Virus record (IMG/VR): IMGVR_UViG_3300020515_000016
Span: 1 to 25,468 of that record
Origin: a virus
Taxonomy: Duplodnaviria; Caudoviricetes
Direction: 5' to 3' (one strand)
Length of the DNA stretch: 25,468 bases
The notes beneath the pieces were generated by a model. The model did not search any database and was not told where the DNA came from. It was given only the letters and a program-made list of their open reading frames with translations. Positions 17,412 to 25,468 of this stretch are shown in pieces; positions within the stretch are counted from its first letter, which is position 1, and the number at the start of each line of letters is the position of its first letter. The position numbers and the translations under genes were made by a program.

Positions 17412-20400
17412 ATGGATTTTAACGCATCACCATATTGGGACGATTTTGAGGCTACCAACGGAGCGTTGGAAAAGAACTACATGCGTATTCTTTTTCGCCC
17501 TGGATTTTCAGTTCAGGGTCGAGAGCTAACACAAATACAGTCTATTTTACAAAACCAGATTAAACAATTCGGAAATCATATTTTCCAGGATGGTTCGCCA
17601 GTTGTAGGTGGGCATCTAACTCTGGATACATCAGTTAATTATGTAAAACTTGACACTCAATTTAATGGTGTTGACATTGACCTTGAAGATTTCCTTGGAT
17701 TGGTTGTGTTCAATTCTGGCACACCAAAGGTTCGCGGAAGAGTTATCCAGACATATTCTACCACAACAGATCGTACGCTACTCTTGAAGTATCTTCGCGG
17801 TAATACATTTACAGCAGCACAAACTATCTCAACTGCCGCTGGAAATTCTGCTAATGTATCTTCTACAGCAAATACAACAGGAACAGGCTCTGTCGTTTCA
17901 ATCAACCAAGGCGTGTTTTATGTTGATGGATTTTTTGTAACAGTTGCACCACAAACAATTGTTCTAGAGCCATACTCAACAACACCAACCTATCGCGTTG
18001 GACTAGAGATCGACGAAGAGATTGTAACTGAATCAGTAGACAATGCTCTACTAGACCCAGCGCAAGAAGCATTTAACTATCAGGCTCCAGGTGCTCACCG
18101 CTACCAGTTTAATCTTGTTCTTGCTAAAAGAACACTAGACTCTGTAGATGACAGCCGATTCTTTGAGTTGCTCCGCGTTGAAAATGGAATCATCACTCGC
18201 CAGGTAAGTTATCCAATCTATTCAGAACTGGAAAAAACACTTGCTCGTCGCACATATGATGAGTCTGGTAACTATGCCGTAAAGCCATTTAGAATTAATG
18301 TTTCAGCAAACACACCAGCTGGTCAAGCAGAAAATGCAAATACATTCATTGTAAATGTTGAACCAGGTAAGGCATATGTAAAAGGATTTGAGTTCGAAAC
18401 TATCGGAACTCGAAAGATTCCTGGCGATCGCGCTAGAACATTCAAGTCAAACAAAGATTATGATTTGTCAGTCTATTACGGCAATCGAATCCAACTAGCC
18501 AATGTTATTGGTAGTTCTAGCAATGGTATTGTTTTATCAGACAACCTAGACGAACTAGACATACACTGTGTAGCAAATAACCTTGTAGATCTGTCTAGCG
18601 GCGAGTCTTCAAAATACTATGCAACGCGCATCGGTACAGCAAAACTAAAGAACATCGAAAGAACCTCTAGCGCAACGCTATACTACTCGTATCTAACAGA
18701 TGTAAACTTCACACCAATTGTTTCTGTAACAGGTGGTGCTGGTTCTAATGTTCGCACTGTAAATCTTGGTTCTAACTTCTCAAGCACAACTGATGCTTAT
18801 GTTGGTGGTACATTAACACTAATAGACCAGATTCAAGGCGAAGCTGGTAAGATCTTGGCGTATAACGGTACAACTAAGATTGCAACACTAGATCGTGATT
18901 ATACGCAAACTGTTGCAGGTAGCCAGCGATTCTCACTTACTATGCCAGTGAGCAGCGCAGAATCATTGATGATTGCGAACACGACCTCACTAACTTCTGC
19001 AAACTTACAGGGTAATGTTGCTGCAGCAGGTAAAGACGCACTAGGCAACGCCATTCTTGAAGATACAACATTCAACAAGATGGTGTTTGAATTGCCAAAC
19101 TATTATATTCGTTACGATAGCGACGCAAATGTTGATCTATATCGAAAGTATATTGCAAAGAATCAAAGTTTTGTAACTAACGGCGCATTAACTCTTGCTC
19201 TAACTGGTTCTGAAAACTATGACTTTGGAACTAATGGTCAAGTAGTCTCAAATGCTGATGTGATTGAAAATATTATTGTTGTCCCAACATCAGGATCAAC
19301 ACCAGGTCAGATTGTTGATCTAACCGCTGCTGGTAAGAGTGTGTTTAGAACAACCTCTCAATCTATCACTATTAATACTGACAGCGCATCAGGCGCATCG
19401 TTTACTGGTGATGTGTATGTAACAACAAAGATTACAAACGCTAATGGAAGTTTCCGTCGTACAAAAACATTAGTTGAAGCGAATTCAGTATTAACCGTTG
19501 GTGATACTCTTGCTGGTGCAACAGATGTTTCTGGATACAGTGGAGTTAAACTTTCTCTTGCAAACGGTATTGCTTGGTTCACTCAGGCTAATGTAATCAT
19601 CAAAACTCCAGGAGAGCGTCAAGCATTGTTCGTTTCTGATGTGATTCAGATTAACAAAATCTATGACTCAGCAAATATTAGCCATGCACCAAATACTACA
19701 AACATGGTTGATATTACTGACAGATACACATTTGATAGCGGACAAACGGATAACTACTACGACCACGCTGCAATTATTCTAAAACCAGGTGCCTCTGCGC
19801 CAACTGGACAAACTGCAGTCTTATTTGATTACTACACGCATACAGGCTCGGGTTATCTATCTGCTAAATCATATGCTAATACAATTTATGAAACTGAGCA
19901 GATTCCAATCTACCAAAGCGTTTCTGGTAAAAACTACAATCTTCGTGACTGTATTGACCTTCGCCCTATCCGCGAACCTGGAACAACAGTCGCACCATAC
20001 AAAACTGCACCAGTTGATGCTCGTGTAAATGTTGTTTCAGGTGCCGTTACTGTTTTTGCAAACACAACTCTGTCGCAAAATGTATTGACACCACCAATTA
20101 CAACTGGTTCAATCATTAAGGTTGGTGGAGATTTTAGAACTGTAAACTCTGTAATTAATCTACAAGCCGTTACGGTTACATCTGGGTTTACAACAACTGC
20201 AACAAATACAGCAATTGAACTAGTGTTCCAGAATTATGATTTTAGTGCATCAATTATTCAACGACCAACAGATCCTATCTCACTAGATTACGACTATTAT
20301 CTACCGCGCATCGATAAACTCGTTGTTACGAAGGATAAAGAGTTCAAGATGTTGAGTGGTGTTCCATCGTTGACTCCGCAAGAGCCAACAGAAACCGAAA

Positions 20401-21341
20401 ATTCTATGGCGATTTATACGCTATACATTCCACCATACACAGCATCACTTAAATCTATTGATTTGAGATTTATTGATAATCGTCGCTACACGATGAAGGA
20501 TATCTCAGAGATTGATAATCGCCTCAAGGAAGTTGAGTCGTTTATTGCTCTGAACGAATCTGAAAAACAAATCATTGAAGATCCGCCTAAATCACCAATC
20601 ACACCAGATGTCAACAAGCCTATTTACGGAACTCTTGTTGATGAGTTTGAGAACCTAATTTACGCTGACACATATAATGACTTTGCATCGTCAATCGAAA
20701 ATGGTGTTCTTTCTCCATACAAGCATATCACTGCGTTTACATTGAAGCCAACATCAACTGGCAATAATGTTCGCGATAAGTTTGTAACTATTCCATATAC
20801 AGAAACACCATTCGCTGAGCAAAAACTTGCAACAACAGATGGTGTTGAGACTGTACAGGCAGCGATGATTGCTAAATTCGAAGGATTCGTTACGCTAACA
20901 CCTGAGAGTGATTATTTCTATTCACTAGAGCATCAGCCTCAGATTACTGATTCGTTGGGTAGATTCTTCGAGTTGCGCCAAGTTCAGTATACACCTGATC
21001 CTGCATTAACAACTGCGGTTATCAGATCGATCGGTGCTGGAAATTATCTCGACACAACATACTTTAACACAGTAATTTCTGGGCAAAATTTCCCAATTAC
21101 TGTAAATCCTGTTGTAGAAATTCCAGCATATGCAGCCCCAGTAAATGTAATCGATGCGCCAGTTACACAGCCAATAAATATTAACATTACTGGTGTTGCT
21201 CCATTTACATTCTTAAATTCAACATGGACTGGACAAATTTCTGAAGAATCAGCAGCAAAATCAGAAGATATCTTTACTCCAGATTGGAATAGAAACGGCA
21301 TATTAAGTGCTGACTCTTTCGTTTCTCGATATGATGTATAA
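17412..21341 (+). CDS. VrlC-like / DUF4815 virion structural protein, N-terminal part
   Basis: 'FNASPYWDDF...ILFRPGFSVQGRELTQIQSILQNQI', 'APGAHRYQFNLVL', 'LARRTYDESGNYAVKPF', 'VEPGKAYVKGFE', 'FDSGQTDNYYD', 'YYLPRIDKL', 'RRYTMKDI'; follows gp8 as in T4-like cyanophages. Confidence 0.85.
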   Translation: MDFNASPYWDDFEATNGALEKNYMRILFRPGFSVQGRELTQIQSILQNQIKQFGNHIFQDGSPVVGGHLTLDTSVNYVKLDTQFNGVDIDLEDFLGLVVFNSGTPKVRGRVIQTYSTTTDRTLLLKYLRGNTFTAAQTISTAAGNSANVSSTANTTGTGSVVSINQGVFYVDGFFVTVAPQTIVLEPYSTTPTYRVGLEIDEEIVTESVDNALLDPAQEAFNYQAPGAHRYQFNLVLAKRTLDSVDDSRFFELLRVENGIITRQVSYPIYSELEKTLARRTYDESGNYAVKPFRINVSANTPAGQAENANTFIVNVEPGKAYVKGFEFETIGTRKIPGDRARTFKSNKDYDLSVYYGNRIQLANVIGSSSNGIVLSDNLDELDIHCVANNLVDLSSGESSKYYATRIGTAKLKNIERTSSATLYYSYLTDVNFTPIVSVTGGAGSNVRTVNLGSNFSSTTDAYVGGTLTLIDQIQGEAGKILAYNGTTKIATLDRDYTQTVAGSQRFSLTMPVSSAESLMIANTTSLTSANLQGNVAAAGKDALGNAILEDTTFNKMVFELPNYYIRYDSDANVDLYRKYIAKNQSFVTNGALTLALTGSENYDFGTNGQVVSNADVIENIIVVPTSGSTPGQIVDLTAAGKSVFRTTSQSITINTDSASGASFTGDVYVTTKITNANGSFRRTKTLVEANSVLTVGDTLAGATDVSGYSGVKLSLANGIAWFTQANVIIKTPGERQALFVSDVIQINKIYDSANISHAPNTTNMVDITDRYTFDSGQTDNYYDHAAIILKPGASAPTGQTAVLFDYYTHTGSGYLSAKSYANTIYETEQIPIYQSVSGKNYNLRDCIDLRPIREPGTTVAPYKTAPVDARVNVVSGAVTVFANTTLSQNVLTPPITTGSIIKVGGDFRTVNSVINLQAVTVTSGFTTTATNTAIELVFQNYDFSASIIQRPTDPISLDYDYYLPRIDKLVVTKDKEFKMLSGVPSLTPQEPTETENSMAIYTLYIPPYTASLKSIDLRFIDNRRYTMKDISEIDNRLKEVESFIALNESEKQIIEDPPKSPITPDVNKPIYGTLVDEFENLIYADTYNDFASSIENGVLSPYKHITAFTLKPTSTGNNVRDKFVTIPYTETPFAEQKLATTDGVETVQAAMIAKFEGFVTLTPESDYFYSLEHQPQITDSLGRFFELRQVQYTPDPALTTAVIRSIGAGNYLDTTYFNTVISGQNFPITVNPVVEIPAYAAPVNVIDAPVTQPININITGVAPFTFLNSTWTGQISEESAAKSEDIFTPDWNRNGILSADSFVSRYDV
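21174..21180 (+). promoter_or_regulatory. Candidate late promoter ATAAATA upstream of the second VrlC-like gene
   Basis: AATAAATA ~180 nt before ATG 21363. Confidence 0.4.
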
Positions 21342-21362
21342 TTAATTTAACAGGAAACTCTC

Positions 21363-24272
21363 ATGGGAACAGGAATAGACTTGGCTAGACGCGCAAGACT
21401 TAGAGCACAACGAGATGATGGATTTCGTGGTGGCGGTAGAGATAGAATATTTCCTCTTCCTGCACCTGAAGAAAATGAAACACCAATTGTTTCAGTTGGT
21501 TTAAGCCCATTCATTCGCGAAAATGATATTAACTTCTCGGCTAAAAACTTAAAGCCTGATGCAACTGCGAACTTTTTCTTTGATGAAATCCCTGTTAATC
21601 TTTTTTGCCAAAGAGCCTCTGCAATTAATGTTTCCTCAAGCAGTGTTCTAACAGCTGTTAAACTCAACCAAGGAGTTTATGGAGCAACATCAAAGGCATA
21701 TGGTGAGGTGCTCGGCACATCGCGCACTGGCACACAAAATTTAGTCTATGTAAATGATAACTTCATCACCATTAAAGTTACAAAAGGATCTGGGTCAGCA
21801 GATCTTGCTGATACAGACTTTAAAATTGACGATCTAGTCTATCAAACAGACGCAGGAACAGCGCTAACCTTCTCGTTTAACAGCACAAACATTCAGCCTG
21901 AATTCTCATTCGTAGGCAAGATTAAAAAGTGGGAACGAATTGATGCTACGACAGGGTTTCTAGTTGTAGATCCTGTTCTCGGTTCACTCAAAACAACACT
22001 CACTAGTGCAACTGCATTCAATCTTTGGAACTTAACAAAGTATATCGCTGATGCTCGCGAAGCCACTATCACAATGGCAAACAATCGATTCCAGGCTAGT
22101 GAATCATTGGCATATGCTAATGGTACTGCGCTTGGAACTATTAGTGCGGCGAATGCATATACTGCATTGTCTTCTGTTGTAACTGGTGCAAATACTGCTA
22201 ACTCACCGCTTCGTTCAATTGTAATCTCATCAAATAATACTACTCGTGACGGTATCTCTACGATTGTTGGTAACACAATTACTATCGTCTCTGGTACGAA
22301 CATGGGCTTTAGGGCAAATGTTGTGCAGGTTATTGCTAATACAGCAAACGGATGGAGCGAAGCAATCGTTGATGCAACGCTACCAGCATTGTGCACATCA
22401 AACTCCATTTACTCATTAGGCAATCATGTTGTAGATGATGTTGGCGCGTTGCATGGAATTTTCCATATTCCATCAGAGTCCAACCTAAAGTGGTTGACTG
22501 GTGAAAGAGTGTTTACAATTACAGACACAGCAACCTATAACGATAATGCATACAAGATGCGCGCAATCAGTAAGTATAGCGCAGTCGGTAAGACGAACAG
22601 TGCAGAAAATGCTCGTAACTATGTGCTTCGCGAACAAACACCAAGCACGCTACAAGCAGCACCAAAGGTTATTAACGAAACTCAAAAGATTAATGACCGC
22701 AAGTATATGGCACAGACCTTCTTCACACCACGCGGCAATTCTATTGTCAACGGAGAAGTGAAGAATGGTTATGGTGTGTTTGTCACTTCTGTTGACTTGT
22801 TCTTCAAGCAAAAGCCAACAGATGTTAACGAACAGCTGCCATTCTCGGTAACTATCTCAAGAGTAGAAAACGGTCTACCATCAAACGACATTATTGCAGA
22901 ACGCACTCTTGAAGCTGCATATGTCAACACATCAAATACACCAAGTGTTGCAAACGCTTCGACTTTAACGAAGTTTACATTCACCGATCCAGTTTACTTG
23001 CTACCAGGCACTGAGTATGCGATTAAACTAGTCACCGAATCACCAGACTATGTTGTCTGGACAGCTTCCCTCGGTGGAGAATATACTGACGAAACTGGAA
23101 ACTTGCGTCGCATTTCAGAACAACCATATATTGGTAACTTCTTTAAATCGCAAAATGCATCTAATTGGAATCCAATTCTAAATCAAGACTTGATGTTCCG
23201 AATCAACAGAGCAGCGTTCGCAACTACTCCGTCTGTAGCATACTTTAACCTAGTTCCTAACAAGGATATTCAAACTAATACAGTTATGGATTTGGTTAAG
23301 ATCTCAGCAACAGAGCAGCAATTTGCACCAACATCTATCACATATGAAGTGAACTCGTTCTTGACAGATGGAACTGCTTCGGGTTATATCAAGGTAGATA
23401 ATAACCAGATCTACAACTTCGGTAAAGACACAAATATCTCTAGCGCAACATCAAAGCGTCGTCGATATATTCCATCAGCAAATGTTGAGGGTGTGAATGT
23501 CAAGGTGACAATGGCAACAACAGATGATTCTGTTGCGCCTATCTTGAATAGAGAAAGATTTGGCGTGTTTGCTCTACAAAATATCATCAACAATGCTGGT
23601 ATTGCAAATAATCTGATCTCAGTAACAAATAGTGGTAGCCATTCTAATGCTGCTAATATAACAGTTACAATCAGTGCACCAGATGTTGGTTCTAATAGAG
23701 CAACTGCAAATATTCTACCAGGAATGCTATCTGGCGGTAGAATTACTGATGTAAATATTATCAATCCAGGTTCAGGATACTTTACATCACCAACAATTAC
23801 GATTGTTGAGCCTGGTGCTTCTAGTAATGCAGCAGCAATTATTAATGGTGAAACTGATGCCTCTGGTGGTAATGTTCTATCTAAGTACCAAACAAAGGTT
23901 GTCACGCTAGAGGATGGCTTTGACGCTGGCGATCTTGTAGTTCGTATGCGTGCGTACAAACCTCAAGGAACTAATATTGCTGTGTACTTCAAGGTTCTTT
24001 CTTCGTTGGACTCAGATCCGTTTGTTACGAAAAAGTGGCAAAAGATGAATGTTGTAAACGATTACACTTCACCTGACCAGACAACTGCAGTTCCATTAGA
24101 GTTTAAATATTCTATTAGAAAGGGCAGTATCGATTACTTTGATGGCGCTAGAACATTGCCATTGGGTGGAACATTTAAATACTTCGCTGTTAAGGTTCGC
24201 ATGACAGCCGAAGATCCAACAGTAACACCTGCGGTAGAATCACTAAGAGTTATTGCAGTTCCTGGTGGTTAA
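21363..24272 (+). CDS. VrlC-like / DUF4815 virion structural protein, C-terminal part
   Basis: 'PFIRENDINFSAKNLKP..FFFD', 'MAQTFF...GVFVTSVDLFFKQK', 'QPYIGNFFKSQNASNW...QDLMFRINRAAF' and 'FKYFAVKVRM...LRVIAV' are motifs normally in the C-terminal half of VrlC-like proteins; SD AGGA at 21352. Confidence 0.8.
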   Translation: MGTGIDLARRARLRAQRDDGFRGGGRDRIFPLPAPEENETPIVSVGLSPFIRENDINFSAKNLKPDATANFFFDEIPVNLFCQRASAINVSSSSVLTAVKLNQGVYGATSKAYGEVLGTSRTGTQNLVYVNDNFITIKVTKGSGSADLADTDFKIDDLVYQTDAGTALTFSFNSTNIQPEFSFVGKIKKWERIDATTGFLVVDPVLGSLKTTLTSATAFNLWNLTKYIADAREATITMANNRFQASESLAYANGTALGTISAANAYTALSSVVTGANTANSPLRSIVISSNNTTRDGISTIVGNTITIVSGTNMGFRANVVQVIANTANGWSEAIVDATLPALCTSNSIYSLGNHVVDDVGALHGIFHIPSESNLKWLTGERVFTITDTATYNDNAYKMRAISKYSAVGKTNSAENARNYVLREQTPSTLQAAPKVINETQKINDRKYMAQTFFTPRGNSIVNGEVKNGYGVFVTSVDLFFKQKPTDVNEQLPFSVTISRVENGLPSNDIIAERTLEAAYVNTSNTPSVANASTLTKFTFTDPVYLLPGTEYAIKLVTESPDYVVWTASLGGEYTDETGNLRRISEQPYIGNFFKSQNASNWNPILNQDLMFRINRAAFATTPSVAYFNLVPNKDIQTNTVMDLVKISATEQQFAPTSITYEVNSFLTDGTASGYIKVDNNQIYNFGKDTNISSATSKRRRYIPSANVEGVNVKVTMATTDDSVAPILNRERFGVFALQNIINNAGIANNLISVTNSGSHSNAANITVTISAPDVGSNRATANILPGMLSGGRITDVNIINPGSGYFTSPTITIVEPGASSNAAAIINGETDASGGNVLSKYQTKVVTLEDGFDAGDLVVRMRAYKPQGTNIAVYFKVLSSLDSDPFVTKKWQKMNVVNDYTSPDQTTAVPLEFKYSIRKGSIDYFDGARTLPLGGTFKYFAVKVRMTAEDPTVTPAVESLRVIAVPGG

Positions 24273-24273
24273 T

Positions 24274-24486
24274 ATGAAGTATAAGATTGCTGGTACAAAA
24301 TATACTCGCGATTTGAGTAACATGGCTATTTTATGTAACGATCGATCAGAAGTTACCAAATACGAAAGTGAAATGCGTCGCCATCGTGAGAACCAGTCTC
24401 GGGATGATGAGATAAATAGAATGAAGTCAGATATATCTGAAATTAAGCAAATGCTTCAGGCATTGAGCAGAGGACAAAATGGCTAA
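24274..24486 (+). CDS. Small coiled-coil protein of the type found after VrlC in T4-like phages
   Basis: ATG at 24274: MKYKIAGTKYTRDLSNMAILCND...EINRMKSDISEIKQMLQAL, fitting an 'RD...AI...D...EI..MK.DI.EIK.ML..L' pattern. Confidence 0.8.
   Translation: MKYKIAGTKYTRDLSNMAILCNDRSEVTKYESEMRRHRENQSRDDEINRMKSDISEIKQMLQALSRGQNG
24412..24418 (+). promoter_or_regulatory. Late promoter motif ATAAATA upstream of the fibre gene
   Basis: gATAAATAga, ~60 nt upstream of ATG 24479. Confidence 0.55.
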
Positions 24487-25468
24487 CGCAAATATCGCAA
24501 CAATTGCTGTCACGAATACATTCGATGATTGGCGCACAAGAACTAATGACTTAATTACAGATAGAAATATCCTTCGTAATCACCCATATGTAAAGGATAA
24601 CTCAAACTTTACCGTTGCTAATGGTACAGTTCTTATCTCTCGTTCAACGGGTGGAACTCTGCTTACTCTTGCAGGCGGTGGTGATGCTCTAATCGGTGGT
24701 ACAACTACTACGACTGACCTTATCGTTGGTGACGATGCTTCTGTTGCTAATCAACTTTCTGTGACTGGCAATACAGTAATCACTGGTAATCTTTCGGTAG
24801 GAACAAACTCCACATTTACTCAAAATGTTACGGTTATTGGTACAGCAAATGTAACAGCAGACCTCAAAGTTGCTGGCAATACTACGCTACAATCTAACCT
24901 CACAGTTTCAAAGAACGCGACTGTTACCCAAAATGCAACAGTTGCTGGAACGCTAAATGTCACAGGTGATACTGCTCTAGCATCAAACCTAGCAGTTACA
25001 GCAAACACAACTCTTTCTTCAAACCTATCAGTTAGCAGAAATGTTGCTGTATCTCAAAACGCTACAATTACTGGCACGCTAAACTCAGGTGCAGCAACGC
25101 TTGCATCTTTAGGAGTTACTGGCGCAGCAACAGTTGGAACTACACTCGGAGTTACTGGCAATACATCATTATCGTCTAATCTAGCGGTAACTGGTAATGC
25201 TACAGTATCTCAAAATGTTACAGTTACTGGAACATTGAATTCTGGTGCTGCAACATTAGCATCACTAGGAGTGACTGGTGCTGCTACAGTTGGAACTACA
25301 CTCGGAGTTACTGGTAATATTTCTTCTGCAAATATTAGTGTTGGTAACAAAGTTCTTGGATCTGTTCTAGAGTCTAATGTTGCTACAGGAACTGCTCCGC
25401 TGACTGTTGCATCTACAACTAAAGTTACAAATTTAAATGCTGACTTATTAGATGGTTATGATTCATCT
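24479..25468 (+). CDS. Tail fibre protein (runs off window)
   Basis: Not in the track (open-ended). SD GAGGA at 24470; MANANIATIAVTNTFDDWRTRTND ('TFDxWRxxTN' fibre anchor), many V-x-G-N-x-T hexapeptide repeats, then 'VASTTKVTNLNADLLDG'. Confidence 0.85.
   Translation, partial: MANANIATIAVTNTFDDWRTRTNDLITDRNILRNHPYVKDNSNFTVANGTVLISRSTGGTLLTLAGGGDALIGGTTTTTDLIVGDDASVANQLSVTGNTVITGNLSVGTNSTFTQNVTVIGTANVTADLKVAGNTTLQSNLTVSKNATVTQNATVAGTLNVTGDTALASNLAVTANTTLSSNLSVSRNVAVSQNATITGTLNSGAATLASLGVTGAATVGTTLGVTGNTSLSSNLAVTGNATVSQNVTVTGTLNSGAATLASLGVTGAATVGTTLGVTGNISSANISVGNKVLGSVLESNVATGTAPLTVASTTKVTNLNADLLDGYDSS
24995..25314 (+). repeat. Tandem 156-bp (52-aa) duplication in the tail fibre
   Basis: Units start at 24995 and 25151, with a third partial unit at 25307; 'TGTLNSGAATLASLGVTGAATVGTTLGVTGN' occurs twice; exact 29-nt repeat acagttggaactacactcggagttactgg at 25130 and 25286. 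Confidence 0.9.

Noticed and set aside
2514-25008. Numerous minus-strand and alternate-frame ORFs (e.g. 6999-7511, 15184-15627, 21893-22408, 23411-23959)
   Set aside because: They lie within or opposite long structural genes and are expected shadows of codon bias.
25130-25314. 29-nt direct repeat resembling a CRISPR repeat or DGR TR/VR pair
   Set aside because: Only two copies, in frame within a protein tandem repeat; flanking differences are largely synonymous and not adenine-specific; no cas or reverse-transcriptase gene in the window.

Overview
The window is a gene-dense segment of the tail/baseplate morphogenesis cluster of a T4-superfamily myovirus, resembling distant T4 relatives such as cyanophage/pelagiphage-type and uncultured aquatic phages. 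The minus-strand arm (1-2396) carries gp4 head-completion nuclease, gp2 DNA end protector, a gp19/gp54-fold tube initiator and a truncated gp26 hub gene. The plus-strand arm (2422-end) carries gp48, gp53, a gp27-like hub, a lysozyme-less gp5 spike, three unrecognised ORFs, gp25, gp6, gp7, gp8, a VrlC/DUF4815-like protein split into two genes, a small coiled-coil protein and a truncated tail-fibre gene. T4 late-promoter motifs (TATAAATA / (A/C)TAAATA) lie upstream of many genes. The most unusual element is the three-gene cassette between gp5 and gp25, where no PAAR/gp5.4 tip gene is seen; it includes a ~680-aa Cys-flanked protein that probably has a non-ATG start and a hydrophobic N-terminus. 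Also notable are a ~75-80-aa beta module inserted into four different baseplate proteins (once nested inside itself), TonB-box-like motifs on the tube initiator, and the in-frame VrlC split. All assignments come from motif recognition by eye; no database searches were run.
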